A DNA stretch of 64,000 nt from NCBI GenBank assembly GCA_002269645.1, contig NIVC01002811.1, positions 1 to 64,000 on the forward strand, in the 5' to 3' direction. Position numbers and translations under genes: made by a program. Every line of letters starts with the position of its first letter. Position 1 is the first letter of the stretch. The DNA is from Macrostomum lignano. Its lineage: Eukaryota. Positions 1 through 13,124 of this stretch are shown here, piece after piece. The notes under the pieces were generated by a model that worked only from the letters and a program-made list of their open reading frames with translations, was not told where the DNA came from and did no database searches.

Positions 1-104
1 CCATAAATTGAGCCAGAAACATCTCTTGGATGGCAACAGGCTGTGGGATCAAGTTTAAGTACAGTTCAACCTCAACTACAGTGCAACTTCAAGGTTCGGG
101 CGCT

Positions 105-611
105 AGAGAGGGGTTAGACTGGGCGTCAGAGAGGGGTTAGACTGGGCGTCAGAGAGACTGGGCGTCAGAGAAGGAGTTAGACTGGGCGTCAGAGAGGGAG
201 CTGGAATGGGTGTAAGGGAGGGGCTAGAATGGGTGTAAGGGAGGGGCTAGAATGGGTGTAAGGGAGGGGCTAGAATGGGTGTAAGGGAGGGGCTAGAATG
301 GGTGTAAGGGAGGGGCTAGAATGGGTGTAAGGGAGGGGCCTAGGATGGGTGTCAGAGAGGAGGCTAGGAGGGCGTCAGAGAGGGGGCTAGAATGGGTGTC
401 AGGTAGGGGGCTAGGATGGGTGTCAGGGAGGGACCTAGGATGGGTGTCGGAGAGGGGGCTAGGAGGGCGTCAGAGAGGGGGCTAGGAGGGGCGTCAGAGA
501 GGGGCTAGGAGGGGCGTCAGAGAGGGGGCTAGGAGGGGCGTCAGAGGGGCTAGGAGGGGCGTCAGAGAGGGGCTAGGAGGGGCGTCAGAGAGGGGCTAGG
601 AGGGGCGTCAG
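105..611 (+). repeat. G-rich ~23-bp minisatellite with unit drift along the array
   Basis: Units GGGAGGGGCTAGAATGGGTGTAA grade into GAGGGGCTAGGAGGGGCGTCAGA; multiple G3-G5 runs. Confidence 0.95.
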
Positions 612-1240
612 CAAGTACGCCAACTATAATGAGGCCGCGCTATCAAATGCCGATAGTCATGTCAACCCAGCCAGTTTCCGTTCGCGGAAGCACCCTATTG
701 ATGATGGGTGTGATGTTATTTTTCTGGTTTCTAGGGAAAATAGAGGTCAGGCAATCCAGCTCCATAGTCAGAGCTTGTCACACATGTTGCCGGAATCGAT
801 CAGTCTATCGCTACTCCTGATCCGAAATATGGACATAAATCTAAAACCGGATTAATAAAGCTGAATGGGGTTGACCCTTAGGGCCGTATGCAGAAAGCTC
901 TGTCTAGGGTAGTCCGGTCTTGAAAAGCTAGTCTGGACTTGGATTTGGTATGCAGAAACACAAAGTTAGACCAGTCTACTATAGACCACAGATTGTATAA
1001 ACACTAGATGGCTCACTCTCGATTCCTTCAGTGGAGGCCAAATTCTCACTGTCTATGGTTGGAATCCCTCGCTCGCGAGACTTCGCCCCCCCCCGCGCCA
1101 GCAGCTTATAACTAGCGTAGAGCCAGCAAAAAACTTTCTCTCACTGATTCTAGCACACCCAGTTCTTTCTCTGCAACAACTAGATAGAATTATATATTTG
1201 ACACTGAACACCGAAGGCGAAGACCAACAAGCTTCTGGTA

Positions 1241-2335
1241 ATGAACTCAAAAATCTGCTGTGCTGCAGGCTGCAAAAATAAGGCAGTTACCTCTCCGCCT
1301 CAAAACACCCCTATCAAGCTGCACCAATTTCCTCAAGATATGGCAACCGCTACGCGATGGATGCAGATTCTGGAGCTGCCGTTCCCGCTCGAGGAAGTTC
1401 GATGCAGACTTAAAAGTGTGCAGCGATCATTTTGTGGAAGAGGCGTACTCTTGCCCAGCTGCCATGCGACATGAACCAGGCTCTCGGCTGAAGTGGAACG
1501 CTCTTCCCGATCTGCAGCTAGTGATGCCTCGATTGCTGCCAGAGAATCTGGAGTCTGTCATCTTGCGGAGTGATGAGGAGCGCGGACAACATGTACCCGC
1601 CACAGCTAACCAGGGAGACACAGCTAGTCACATCCGAGCAGGACGCAGCAGAACTGCAGCTTCAACAGCCTGCCGGCGCGTCCAAGATTGCGGCAGCGGT
1701 TCCCTCGCCCTTGTTGAGCAACGAAAAGACTCGACAGAAGAAAAAGCTAGATCAGAAACGGCGACAGAAAGCAAAGCAGAAGCAGCTGAGGCGTCAGAAG
1801 TCAATAGTGAAGAAGCTACGGCGTCAAGCCCTAAAGCTAAAGGCCCAAGCTGCTCTCAAGAACAACCTGGTCGGTCGGCTGCTGACCAAAGAGTATCGTC
1901 AGCGAAGACTCAAGCCTCTTCGGATGTGCTGGTCAGCAGAGGACATGGCCGCTGCTATTCAACTGCATCACAAGAGCCCTGCTGCGTATCGAATGCTGCG
2001 AGAAGATTGGGAGCTACCGCTACCATCGCACTCTTCATTGAAGCGACGGATCAAAACGTACTTTGCGTCAACGGGCTCTGCCCTGTAACTCTCAGTGGGC
2101 TATCCAAACACATGCAAAGTGGCGACAGTCGTGACCGAGTCTACCTTGTGCTACCTTGTGCTTTGATGGTATGAGCATTTCCCGCTCGGTTCGTTACTAT
2201 CAATACCAGGACGTGATCACTGGGCTTGCCACAATACCAGGAGTGCCAGGCGCAGCCAACCCTGTAGATGAGGTTGTTGTGGCTGTACTGCGCGGTGTTG
2301 GATCAAACTGGAAGCAGCCGATTGCGTACTACCCG
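1241..2335 (+). pseudogene. THAP-domain P-element-like (THAP9 family) transposase, frameshifted and 3'-truncated
   Basis: THAP zinc finger split over two frames (CCAAGC..LHQFP..RW / LKVCSDHF..LKWNALP). P-transposase motifs follow in successive frames: WSAEDMAAAIQLHHKSPAAYRMLR..LPLPSHSSL, then CFDGMSI..QDVITG..VLRGVGSNWKQPIAYY. About 4 frameshifts; similarity ends after WKQPIAYY. Confidence 0.88.
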
Positions 2336-2633
2336 GTGTTCAGATCCCTCGGACAAATTATAAACTTTATCGCCCAAACAATTTGGTTTCTGCTTAAATA
2401 TTTTTGCAACCCATATAAAATATATATCTTAAATATACTGTATACAACAAGTGCCTTTATATCTCCTATTTGTTCAATGCTTAATGTTTCGCCTCGAAAG
2501 TGCCGAAATTTCGCTATAAATTTTGATTCAACAAATTCGGAGGCTTCCAGTTTTACCCAGCCACCTCCACAAATGATGGCACCAGGTTGTGAAAATCTGA
2601 AGGCAGTAGGATTTTCCAATCAGAATTTATGCG

Positions 2634-2698
2634 ACAATTATCGGCACTTTGAGAGACTTCTTTACGATATGCCTTTGTTTTAAAGTGCCGATAATTGT
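2634..2698. repeat. Perfect 17-bp inverted repeat with 31-bp spacer
   Basis: ACAATTATCGGCACTTT (2634-2650) and its reverse complement AAAGTGCCGATAATTGT (2682-2698). Confidence 0.9.
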
Positions 2699-4059
2699 GG
2701 TATAACGTGTGACAAGCAGGTCCTATTGACGTCAGCTTTTCACAGTATGCTGCTTTTATCTAAACGAAGGACAGTGTGAAATTTGAGACATCTTCGATTT
2801 TTCTATCAAACGTTATGGCAAAAAGTTCGGCAATTTTGATCTCGAGCCCTGGATCTCGATCAGCAACTTGTTTTCATTATGCAGCACAAGAATTGTACTT
2901 TTGTACTTTTGCTCCACACTAATCTGGCATGAGCTGCGGGGGCTTACCAAACTCTAGTCTGTAATGAAGAAGCAGTCACGTTTGAGGTAATTCTCAATTC
3001 GAATAGCAAGAAATTGCAGCGATGTGCATCGGAAAAGCATTGAGTCTCTAATACGCTCTTGATAAGCTCGCCTTCATCATTAAGCCGGCGCGCCTGAAGC
3101 TAGTCGAGAGGGATCAGAGACAGCACTGGGCGACACTCAACGCTTTTTTTGCGCCTAAGAATCATCAAACAGGTGGCTACAGTTGCAGATGCTACTGCGC
3201 TAAACAACAACTGAAATTTTACATTGTCTAAACGATGCTCAGTAGAAAGTACTCAACATTTGAGTCGGATGTTTTGTCGCAAAGACAGATACAGTACTAG
3301 TACAAACAGCTTTAGTGTTGTGTTTTTACTTTGATCGGCTTTGTGTAGAAAGCATGTTTCTCCTTCCTTAAAGAACTCTTTTAGGGTGAATGAGTTTCCA
3401 AATCTGACAGCAGACCATAGCATTGATTTGTGTCCCGAATTTGGCATTTGCGTCACTTATTTGTAATATTACCTCCAATTGGGGGCGATAAGCAGCATCG
3501 CATGACAACCAGAGTCAGACGAACCTGCAGTCAGAACTGACAGATAACCAATGTCTACAGAGTATCCATCAGCCAGTCCAGCATCAAATGCATCAACTGA
3601 CAAGGTTAAGTACTTTCTGGATTATTTTAAATGCAAAACTTCGCAGGAAAATGGGAAAACTTCAGAGATAAGAAAACTGCCGACGCGAAGACGCCCTCTC
3701 TTGGCGTCATAGCTCATAGCTCGTTATTTTCTGTCACTAATTAAAGCTTTGCGTAGCCTTGAGAGTGAGTTTCTGGCCAGCCGCCGCCTTTTCGCTTCCT
3801 TGGATTTGCACTTTTCTCTCTGGCACGCTCCTGCCGGCTCACGTGACTGCACGCGACGGGCGGAGTAATTATGCTTATTAAAGCAACTGCAGCTGACGAC
3901 TTAGAAATCTAATAGTTGAGCATTAATAGAATTAGAAATATAAGACGCATCTTCGTCCACATACTAAAAATGGTTCATATGCGTGCTGGTGAGGCTGCGC
4001 GAGTTCACTCTGACGTGCTTTCAAAGCTTCTCCATCCGCATGGCACAATGCGAATGGGC

Positions 4060-4400
4060 GGTGGTCGAAACCGTCCTGCTCTACAACGCCGAGACTTGGA
4101 CGCTGACGGCTACGCTGGAGCGGCAGCTGGACTCAGCGCACTCAGGGCTGCTCCGTGCGGCCTTTCGAGCTGACGAGAGTGTCGGGACCGAGGCCCTGTA
4201 CGATCGGGCCAAGCTGCAGCGCCCGTCCATCATCCTGCGCCGGCGGCGACTTTAACTGGCGGGCCACGTGATCCAGGCCGAAGGCTAGCCCCAACCTGTT
4301 CAGGACGTCCTGCTGCTCACCCTGCAGGGCCCGCTCAGGCGGGGTCAAGCCCAAACCCTAGATACGTGGACTGCTCCTACGCGACGCCGGGGCGCCCGAC
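4060..4400 (+). mobile_element. 5'-truncated RTE-like non-LTR retrotransposon fragment (C-terminal RT/thumb region)
   Basis: Translation AVVETVLLYNAETWTLTATLERQLDSAHSGLLRAAF..RRRRL*LAGHV matches the VLLYxxETW and RRLxxAGHV motifs of RTE-clade ORF2; contains in-frame stops. Confidence 0.8.
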
Positions 4401-6004
4401 ACTGCCAAAGGCGCGACTTCGTTCGCTCTCAGGCTCTGCGGCGCGCAATCTGACGCACCCTGCTCTGTGACTTTGCTTCCGGGGCTGCGTAATTTGTTGT
4501 TTTTGTATGGCACAAGTTAAAATATCAAGTACATGTAATATCAGCGGTGCACAGTTAGAGTACATTCTGTCTCAGCCAGTGCGCCTGGGCGAGAGTTGGA
4601 AAAACTTGCGCCATCACAGTGTAGTGAGCTGAAGTCGTGCAATCGCTCTCGCCAAGGCTGTGAGACGGCGGTTTTCAATGTTGCTGAGTGCAGATGCAGC
4701 TGGTGAAAATTAAAATGATTTTATAAAAATATATTTCGAATTATACTAACACCTTACTGTGAGTAGTAAAATGCATCACACAATAGTTTTCATACAATTA
4801 AGATGTTTATATTTGCTGGTTAATATTTCGAATTAACACCTGGAAGAAAGATGCTGGTTTATGATGTTTTTAAACAAGCTCCTCCATCAGCAACAGGCCG
4901 ACCATAAATGAAACAGATGCCCGAATGCTTTCTGTGGTGTTTTTGACGCATTTTTACCTACTATCCGAGTACGATAATTAGCCTAGACAGCCTGAGATGC
5001 CATAAAGCAGATGAGCGCACTCAATTGTATGTACAGTAGTTGATGTCACTATTAGAGTCGTATTTATCTGTCCATGACTCAGACGCGCCACTGCTTCAGC
5101 ATGAACCGCGAGCTGTCACGCATATTTACCCCTAGTCAGCTCAGTATTGCCCCAATTTGGCTAAATCTTATAATTATTTGCTCGGCTCGGACAGCAAAAA
5201 GCAAACTGGCAAACTATGAATGCGAAACGAATGCGAAACGGAAGCTCACAGCAGGCAGCTAAATAAATAGAATTAGAACTGGGCACTTTGCGATGGACGT
5301 CAAAATATTTTTTCCTAGTTATATTTTCTAGCCTCACAGTAATTCAGTACACGGTATAATTTCAAACAAAATTTGTACCACCGACAGGACAGTAAGCAGT
5401 CTAACTTGACGCACTGAGTTCAGCATTCAACTTTCATTACATGGTAGTTGCGTTCAATATGAATATATAAAAGCATTATAACAAAGCACGTAAATGACTT
5501 AATTTTTATTAAAAACTGCAGCAGTAGTAGATAATGACATTGACCAGTTTAAAAAGACTGCACAGAGAGTAATGGTGCTCATTATTGAGGTGCTGTATTG
5601 TAAGCGGCTGTTACAGTATTATCATGAAGAAAAATGAGTGGCGCAATTATAACTCTAATTGGATAAAAGGACACCGACTGTACGACCTCAAGAAACTGAT
5701 AGTGACTTATTTCCATGACTGTCTGTGCCCGTCATAGCCGCTGATAATTTGGAATCTGAGTAAAACATTTCCTTAGCTAGTTAAGGTAATCCAACTGAAA
5801 CAACTATGTACTAGTTTTCCTGTGGACTAATGCAAACTCGAGACTGATCTCTCTCTCTTGATTAGCATGGCGTATATCGAATCAGAGTCTTACGTGCCCT
5901 CTCTTCTATCCACTTCAATCTAAAAACTCTGCACAGAATGAAACCAAGTCGAACGCGTAGCATTGAGATTGAAATGTCCTGCAATAGTTCGCAAGAATAG
6001 CGGA

Positions 6005-8444
6005 TTAAGCTTTCTGCTGTACAAAATGAAAGCACAGGCTGGGCAGAAGTCTCAATTCGAATGACAAACCATTTACACTGGCCGCTGTTGCGGAACCCAC
6101 CTCTGACTGGCCTGGGGCAGCCGCCCCGGGCGGTGGCGGTAAACGCGATAGGGCTTGGACCCTTCGTCTGCGCTGCCGAATCTTGGTTAGCAAGTCGGTC
6201 AGCAGGTCGTGGAGCGCCGGCTCCATCTCGCCACTCTCCAGCAGGTCGCCAGCGTGCGCTTCAAAGAAGTCCGCATTGACGGCGATGAAGCGCTCTACGC
6301 TGCCTCGAACTGCGTCCGGTGAGGCGAACACGCGGCTGGTCCGGCGGAGAACGGCAACTGCTGACACGACCGAGCGGAACCAGGCCCACAGAGGCATGCC
6401 TGATGGTAGGAGCCATGATCGGGGCAGGCAGGTTGGTGCTGCTGCGGTTTCGGGTGATTGCGCTGAAGCTACAGTTGGACGACGCGTCGAACGATTCGAG
6501 TCGATTCCACAGTTCCGTGTTGTGCTGCAGTCTCGCGAAGAACTGTACAGGCTTGAGCTCTCGGACCAGGCGTTTCAGCGCCTCTTCCGTGCACAGAATT
6601 TGCCGACCCTCTGACGCCTGGTTGACTTCAGACGCGAGCAGCTTCTCAATATTATGTTGAGAGGCAGCGGTGTCGCCTCAGCAAAGCTACGGTTTGTGCA
6701 ACCAACCGCATGCGCGGCATGCGTACTGTTGAGTACGAAGCGTAGGCGATGCTTCTCATGTCGCGTGCGCTCACATTGGCAACAGCCTGTTGTAACTGCT
6801 CGACGCCTCGGGCCAGAGTTTGATATCCTACGATGTCGGATAGTTCGGAGCTGCTCAGCTCTTTGTAAAATCCGTTCAGCAGATCGAGATCGATATCAGT
6901 AAAGTCGGCAGAGCCCGAATGCCTTAGATGCTTCGTTAGATGAATGATTGCTTGGGCGGAAGATACTGCAAATCTGAAGTGCACGAGTACCAATTCAAGT
7001 CCTCTCTCTTTGCTCGCGGTGGCTACCGGATTCCAAAATGTGTTGTCAGGCATATTGTGGTGCCTAATAAGACTCAGCTGGGACTGAAAGGCGACTCGCT
7101 TAGAAAATCTGGCGTTGTGAATCAGCAAAACCTCGCTGAAGTTTAGCACAATCTGGTCGCATAAAAGCAGCATCAATGTGTCTAGCACGTGAGTTAGAAA
7201 GCTTTGAAAACTGGAAACGCTGCCAGAACAAGATGGGCCCAAGAGGCACAAAATTCCCGCGACACATCGCAGATCCCGAGTCGCCTTTATCATCGCTTCA
7301 GATTTATTAATCTCGTACAAATCTACGAGATCGGACAGATAAGCTTGCAGACTTGCTTCCAACGTGGTTAGACCTCCGTTTTCTACCGGCTGGAGGCGCA
7401 GTACCTGATTTTTAAACAGATTCACCGCCACGTCCAGATAAATGCAGTCGCCTTCGTGGCAGCGCTCCGGCTGGTGAAGTCGCCGCAAGATCGAAACATC
7501 TGCGACACCGTCCTCTAGACGGGCTTTCGCTTCCGAGTACAACCTGCCAAGTAACTTCTGTCGGAGCTCATCAAACAGACGATTCACTCGGAACAGACTG
7601 ACCATGTCGGGAATCAGCTGACAGAGCGCTGGGTCTGAAAAATCTAATCGCCTAACCAGTCGATCGAGCAGCACAATGAGGTTTGTAAGGAGGCCAGGAA
7701 TGTCAACAAGGTGCCTGCAGATTGATCTAGGCTCCCCTGTGAAATGCTGCACTACCGACTTCAGCAAAGTGAATGTCTGACTTGTGATTTCCTCTGCGCT
7801 GAGGTTGAATATGTATCCGTAAGCCGAGTATAATACAAACTGGAGAATCTCTAACGAGTAATACTTGTAGTTGAGCTGAAGTATAAGCTTTCCATTCTCC
7901 TTTAGCAGCTGGCTTTTGCTGTCCTGTGGCCAGGAGCGATGCTTATATAGTCGAATGAAGTCATGGAGCAGAAACGAATGGCACGGAATGAGCGAGGCTG
8001 AGTTTGATAGTCTCAAATGAACGTCGACGCCAACCGCAAACGACTGGGCCAGCAGCAGGCAGGCTGCTTCCACATTTGACGGCTGCCATCTCAGGCCCAG
8101 TAGCCGAACGCAAACGGGCACAGACAGGGATCGTACCGGACAGTCTTCCAGTCAATTGGAGCGGCGAGGATGTGCACCCAACAGTTGACCACGGAGTTGT
8201 GCTGGGCTAGCTCTTTCAGAGCCTTGGCACGCCAGTCAGAAAAGTCGCGCACCTCGCCAATCAACCGACAGTGCTGACACTGCTCGGACCGGCAGAAAGC
8301 CTCGTTGAGCTGGTCGACGGCGCTAGTGTCACACTGGGCTGCCAGACGCTCCTGCGCAGCTAACCGCTCTTGACTATCGCTGGAGGCGTTCTTTCGTCCA
8401 TTCAAGTGCACTCCGAGAAAGTCTTGATAGTACAGATGCAGCAT
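6005..8444 (-). pseudogene. Long intronless coding region broken by frameshifts; possible BTB-like domain; function unknown
   Basis: Collinear minus-strand ORFs 8091-8444, 6652-8121 (489 aa) and 6005-6397, bridged by an open alternative frame at about 6400-6660 (QHNIEKLLASEV..). DVHLRLSNSASLIPCHSFLL..LEILQFVLYSAYG resembles a BTB/POZ fold only weakly. Confidence 0.45.
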
Positions 8445-11400
8445 TTTGTTCGGCAGACTATAGAGAGCACTGCTGTACCATGCTCTAAGGTGCGCGCTTA
8501 CCGTGCGGAGCTACTCTCGCCCCTACTTGCATTTTGTCGAGGGTTTTAAACTCTCCCTGATGATATGGTTTTAAGGCGTCTATTGCCACGCCTAAGTGGT
8601 TAAGCACACGTTGCACAAGCACTCGTCTGTTCTCGTCCTAGATTGCAGAATTTCTTTTGTGACAGAGTTGCGGCTTCGCTTCACAGTGAGTCACACCAGA
8701 CGCGAGGTTAAAATTCCTGAGCAGTTGAAAATTCTGTCTGATTTTGGACACTGTCTGCTGCTGCGCAGCGTTTGTACCGTATTATTCTATCGGTGAGAAC
8801 AACAGCACGCTTCGGGCAAGACTATATTCTTGAAGATTGTTGTACAAGCTTGTCCTCGGTTCTTACAATTGTCAGCTCTACTTTGCGAATGGAAAAGCTA
8901 GACGAGTGCGACAGTTGATGAGTGGAAGAATAACTTGCCAGACGAAAGTTGGGGTGGTTCGTCGCTTTACATAGTCGTGCGGCTGCCAACCCCATGCAGT
9001 GCTAACCAATAGGCGCCGAGAGGCAGCACAGAGAGGGCGAAGCGCAAGGGTTCGCACAAATTGTCCGCGGGCTTGAGCTTGGCCCCTTACTTTTAATTGC
9101 CAACCCCCCTGAGCTTTAAACCTTACCTATAGATCGTGCGTGCGCAAATACAGACAGACAGAAGACACGGAAAGACGGCCAGAATAGAAGGCAGGGCCAG
9201 GAAGCCAAAAATCTCAGACAACCAGGCCAAGTATGCAATGATTGTGCGCTCAGTGCTGAAACAGTGGGGCAGAGCGAATCGCCTTAGAAATTGGATTAGA
9301 ATTTTCTCTTTTACTGGCCGCTCAGTTCGATAGCATGCGTGTGCACAAGAGCCCCAACGCATAAGACTGCATCGAAACATTATGCTGCAAATGCAAAAGA
9401 AGCGATTTCCGCTCTCGCGTTTCAACCTTCAAGCCGAACCCTGCGGTCTCGAGTCTACATGTACGTAAAACGCTAGCCGGTCCAGGACCAGGAAGCTCAG
9501 CCGAATTCCTCAGAACAGCTTTGTATTTTTTCGCGAATTGCGACTGCTTCTGACTATTGAGGCGTTAACTTTAAAGAGAGAATTTGCATAAATGCAAGCA
9601 AAAGGAATAAAAAATATTAACCCCAGCAGGCACTGAGTATTGGCCTTACGTTCGCATAAAACAAACTGTATCAGTGCACTTACATGCTTGACTATATACC
9701 TTGCTGCAGCTAAACTGCGCACATGGAAATAGGGCAAACGAGAAACTCAATCGATTGCAATATACATGTACGAATAGAAGGCCGCTGGTTAAATGACTGC
9801 CGGGTGGAGTCAATAATGCAGGGAGAGCAGTTGCTATGCGCAAAGCCTCTATAGTTCTACCAAGCGCGATTGTGCATTGCAATGCAGCAGTGAAACTTGA
9901 ATCTTTCGAGTGAAATCATTTTACTTGAGCAAGCGCATTAGTTACTCCTTATTTAGTAATTAATCGGGCAGCTTCAGATTGTTGTTTGTTGACCACCTGT
10001 CTACGCCCCTGAGTACAGCATAGCGGACCAATGCAGATTAAATTGATTGCAGCTAAATGGTCACAGGGCAGCTGACAGTATGCACACTGCTTACAACAGC
10101 AGGCAACGGCGAAGACGAAGCTGTGTCACCCTTTGGGATCGGTTTGGGATCAGTTCCTTTTTGCCGCTTCATGGACTAACAACGACCACTCGAAGTTACA
10201 CCATTGCATCTGGACGTGTCAGGATCGCTTTCAATGGACAGTTGAATATTTATTTCAAAAGCTTATTTCTAATAAAAACTCTTCGACAAGATATAGGAAC
10301 CTTAATTGTCTGGTCTTCGCAAAAATTCATCTCTGAGATCAGCCCTTAGGAATGTTCAACCTCTGCTGCTTTGTTATAACCTCGGCATGCTTTTAGATGA
10401 AGAACTTGCGTAAGCACTACTTAGAGTAGGAAAATGATCGTTGATTCTCTGTGCTACCGGTATCAACTCGCAAATTTCATTTCTACACGCAGTAGAAAAT
10501 GAAGGATATTGTGCCGAGTCTCATAGGCATTCTCAAAACTGTTGCCTAGAATTTAATTGTTTTAAGACTGATGGTCTCTGAGAAATCTCAGATTTGTTAG
10601 AGTTGCTTGCGTTTATCACAATTTTAATGAATACATGCGACTCGGTTTTCTTGCAGCTACAAATTGCATGTCTCTCAGCATGCGGCCACATGAAGAATAG
10701 ATTGTCGCCGATAATGAAAAATTGATCTGAAATTTAATCAGCCACGGTCACGCCATGGCAAACCCGAAATCGAAATGATTTCACTTCTGACGACCGACCT
10801 GATGAGACAAGAGTGAATCAGAATTCAGCAGCTTTTAGTTGCAGCTCGGTCTCACGTTGGCTGCGTTGACGTTGAGGGCCAGGACCAGGTGGCTTCTGTT
10901 GAAGGTCCAGAAGCTCCGCGGCATATAGTTGGAAGGCCAGTGACCACCGAAGTGCATGCGGTCGATGTGCGGATGAAATTTGAAGGCTTAGCAGGGCTGT
11001 ACTGAGGCGCACAGAGTGGTACTAAATTCACTAGCTTGTAAAAGATATTCTGGCGGAATCGTTGAATATCTTGAAGGTCGACTGGAGGGGTGCTTGAGAA
11101 GGAACACAACAATATAAGTTAGCTTGGCCCGTCTTTTCTTGAATTTCGTGTTTGCCTGAGTCGCTGCATGCATTCTGCTGGCTCAGCAATTCAGGAGAAT
11201 CGTTTTACATGCTACGTCATGCTACATGTATTGCCGGGGGGAATGACAGCGATATTTAGACACGAATGTCCATGGCAAAAGTCTAAATATAAGTGCGTAA
11301 GCATAAAGAGGTAGAGATAGTAGAAGTTCATGCTAATTGCCAAAGCGAGAAAGGTTTCAAGGTTTGAGACACTATAGCTCCATCGTTCTAAAATGATATT

Positions 11401-13124
11401 TTGGAACACTGAAAATGACAGCAAGAATAACCTGCACCGGTCTTCAACGAGGCGGAGAACAGGAGAAAGATTGCGCCTGCCTACCGGAGTTCGGGTAAGA
11501 ACTGCAGTGTTTGGCCTGTCTTAAAGCTATTCAAAAGGATATTTGAGAAATAAATGCAACGGGGACGGACTATCTGGTCTGCATGTCCAACGCACGTACA
11601 TGTACATGTACATGCACACCGTAGCTACAGCTGTAGCCGATCGCTAGGCCTTGAGCCTGCGAGGTTGAGAGTCTTCAAGTCTTGTAATCAAAGCTACTAG
11701 CTGACAGATGCAGTGCCAGATTAAATCCGGATTTTCGTTGGATTATTTTTAGTGCATACATCGAATGTACATGCATATATGTTAAGAGATATAACAGTAG
11801 CTAAAAGATTAATCAATTACAAATTTTCTTGACAAGTCACGAATATCTAAATCTCTCTATATTGCTCTGTTTTTTTCTCAAGAAAATCTCAAAAACGATC
11901 AGAAGGACAGGATTAAATAATAAACGCCATGTAAAAAATGCATCACTTAGTGAATTTCTGCAGTGTAGTTCGACTTTATGCGAAAATTTAAGAGCACAAT
12001 TTCAGTTACATCATTTCATTACAAAAAATTATGTACTATAATAGAAAATTTCACTTATTTTAGTTTTTTAAAGAAATTGTAAAATACAAAAGAGCCAAAC
12101 GTTGTGTGGAATTATACTTTTGTCGTTATTTTTAGTTGAATAATAACAAAGTAAAGATCACAACTTTTTAAAAAATCTGTGCAACTCTATGTGAAGTCAT
12201 TCAAAGAATCTTTACTCTTTAGCTTTACTAAAATATGAATTTGAAAGCTTTTATTCGAAGTTTCGAACCACGGTTAATAATTTAGCTATTTTAAATTTGG
12301 GTGAAACCGTTCTCACTTCACTGAGTCCAAGGAAAAATCCAAAGATAAAAATTTAAACTTATACGAAACGGAGATCGAAGGTAGAACTTAGTATACGGAA
12401 GTGACTTAACATTTTAATTAATTTAGCAATTAAGTGATACTAATTAACTTCGACTCTATTCTCTTCATCCCTGTCTTCCTAAAGGAATCTCAAGCTCACT
12501 CTTTAGTCTTTGCACTACTGAATCTTGTAAGTCTATAAATAATCTATCGAAAAAATGCTGGAGATCAAAAAAAGAATTTCAGAATAATGAATAGGCAGGT
12601 TTTTTGTTTGTTTAAACTTTCTGTGTTAAATAGGCCTAGTTTATTTGAAGTTATCATTAATTTGCAACCCCAAAAGTAACTGGTGTGATTGTTAAAGAAG
12701 CAAAGTTTTTTATTTTATCCTAAATTTATACTGCAATACTAAATAGGTATAGAAATGCAATAATTGTGTCAAAAGTATTCATTTGTCTGCTGGCACATTT
12801 TTATTGTAGTCAGCACTTTCAGGATTTTATAATCATAGCCTATAGCATTTGACAAAGTACAAAAAATTAACTTTTTTCAATTTTGGCAGCATTAATTTTT
12901 ACAATTTAAAATGAAATGTTACATCTAAATTTAACTGCTTGAATTGGAATTGCCATTTAATTTGAAATAAACAAAAATATTTTAGAATATTACTTGAATA
13001 ATGAATTATCAATTTGTTATTATTTTTTATAAAATGCAGCTTTAGTACAAATTGAGTGAACAACCTTTTCAGCGAATTAAATAATCAGTGAATATTATAA
13101 ACTAAAAAAAACAACAAGATAAAA

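Noticed and set aside
4566-4672. Imperfect fold-back (GTCTCA..GGCGAGAG / CTCTCGCC..TGAGAC)
   Set aside because: Pairing is too interrupted to call a miRNA or MITE without folding and copy-number data.
10798-10820. CTGATGAG as another hammerhead core
   Set aside because: No closing stem II followed by GAAA.
10818-11173. Possible PIF/Harbinger transposase fragment (DIQRFRQNIFYKLVNLV)
   Set aside because: Only a vague resemblance; no DDE motifs in consistent frames.
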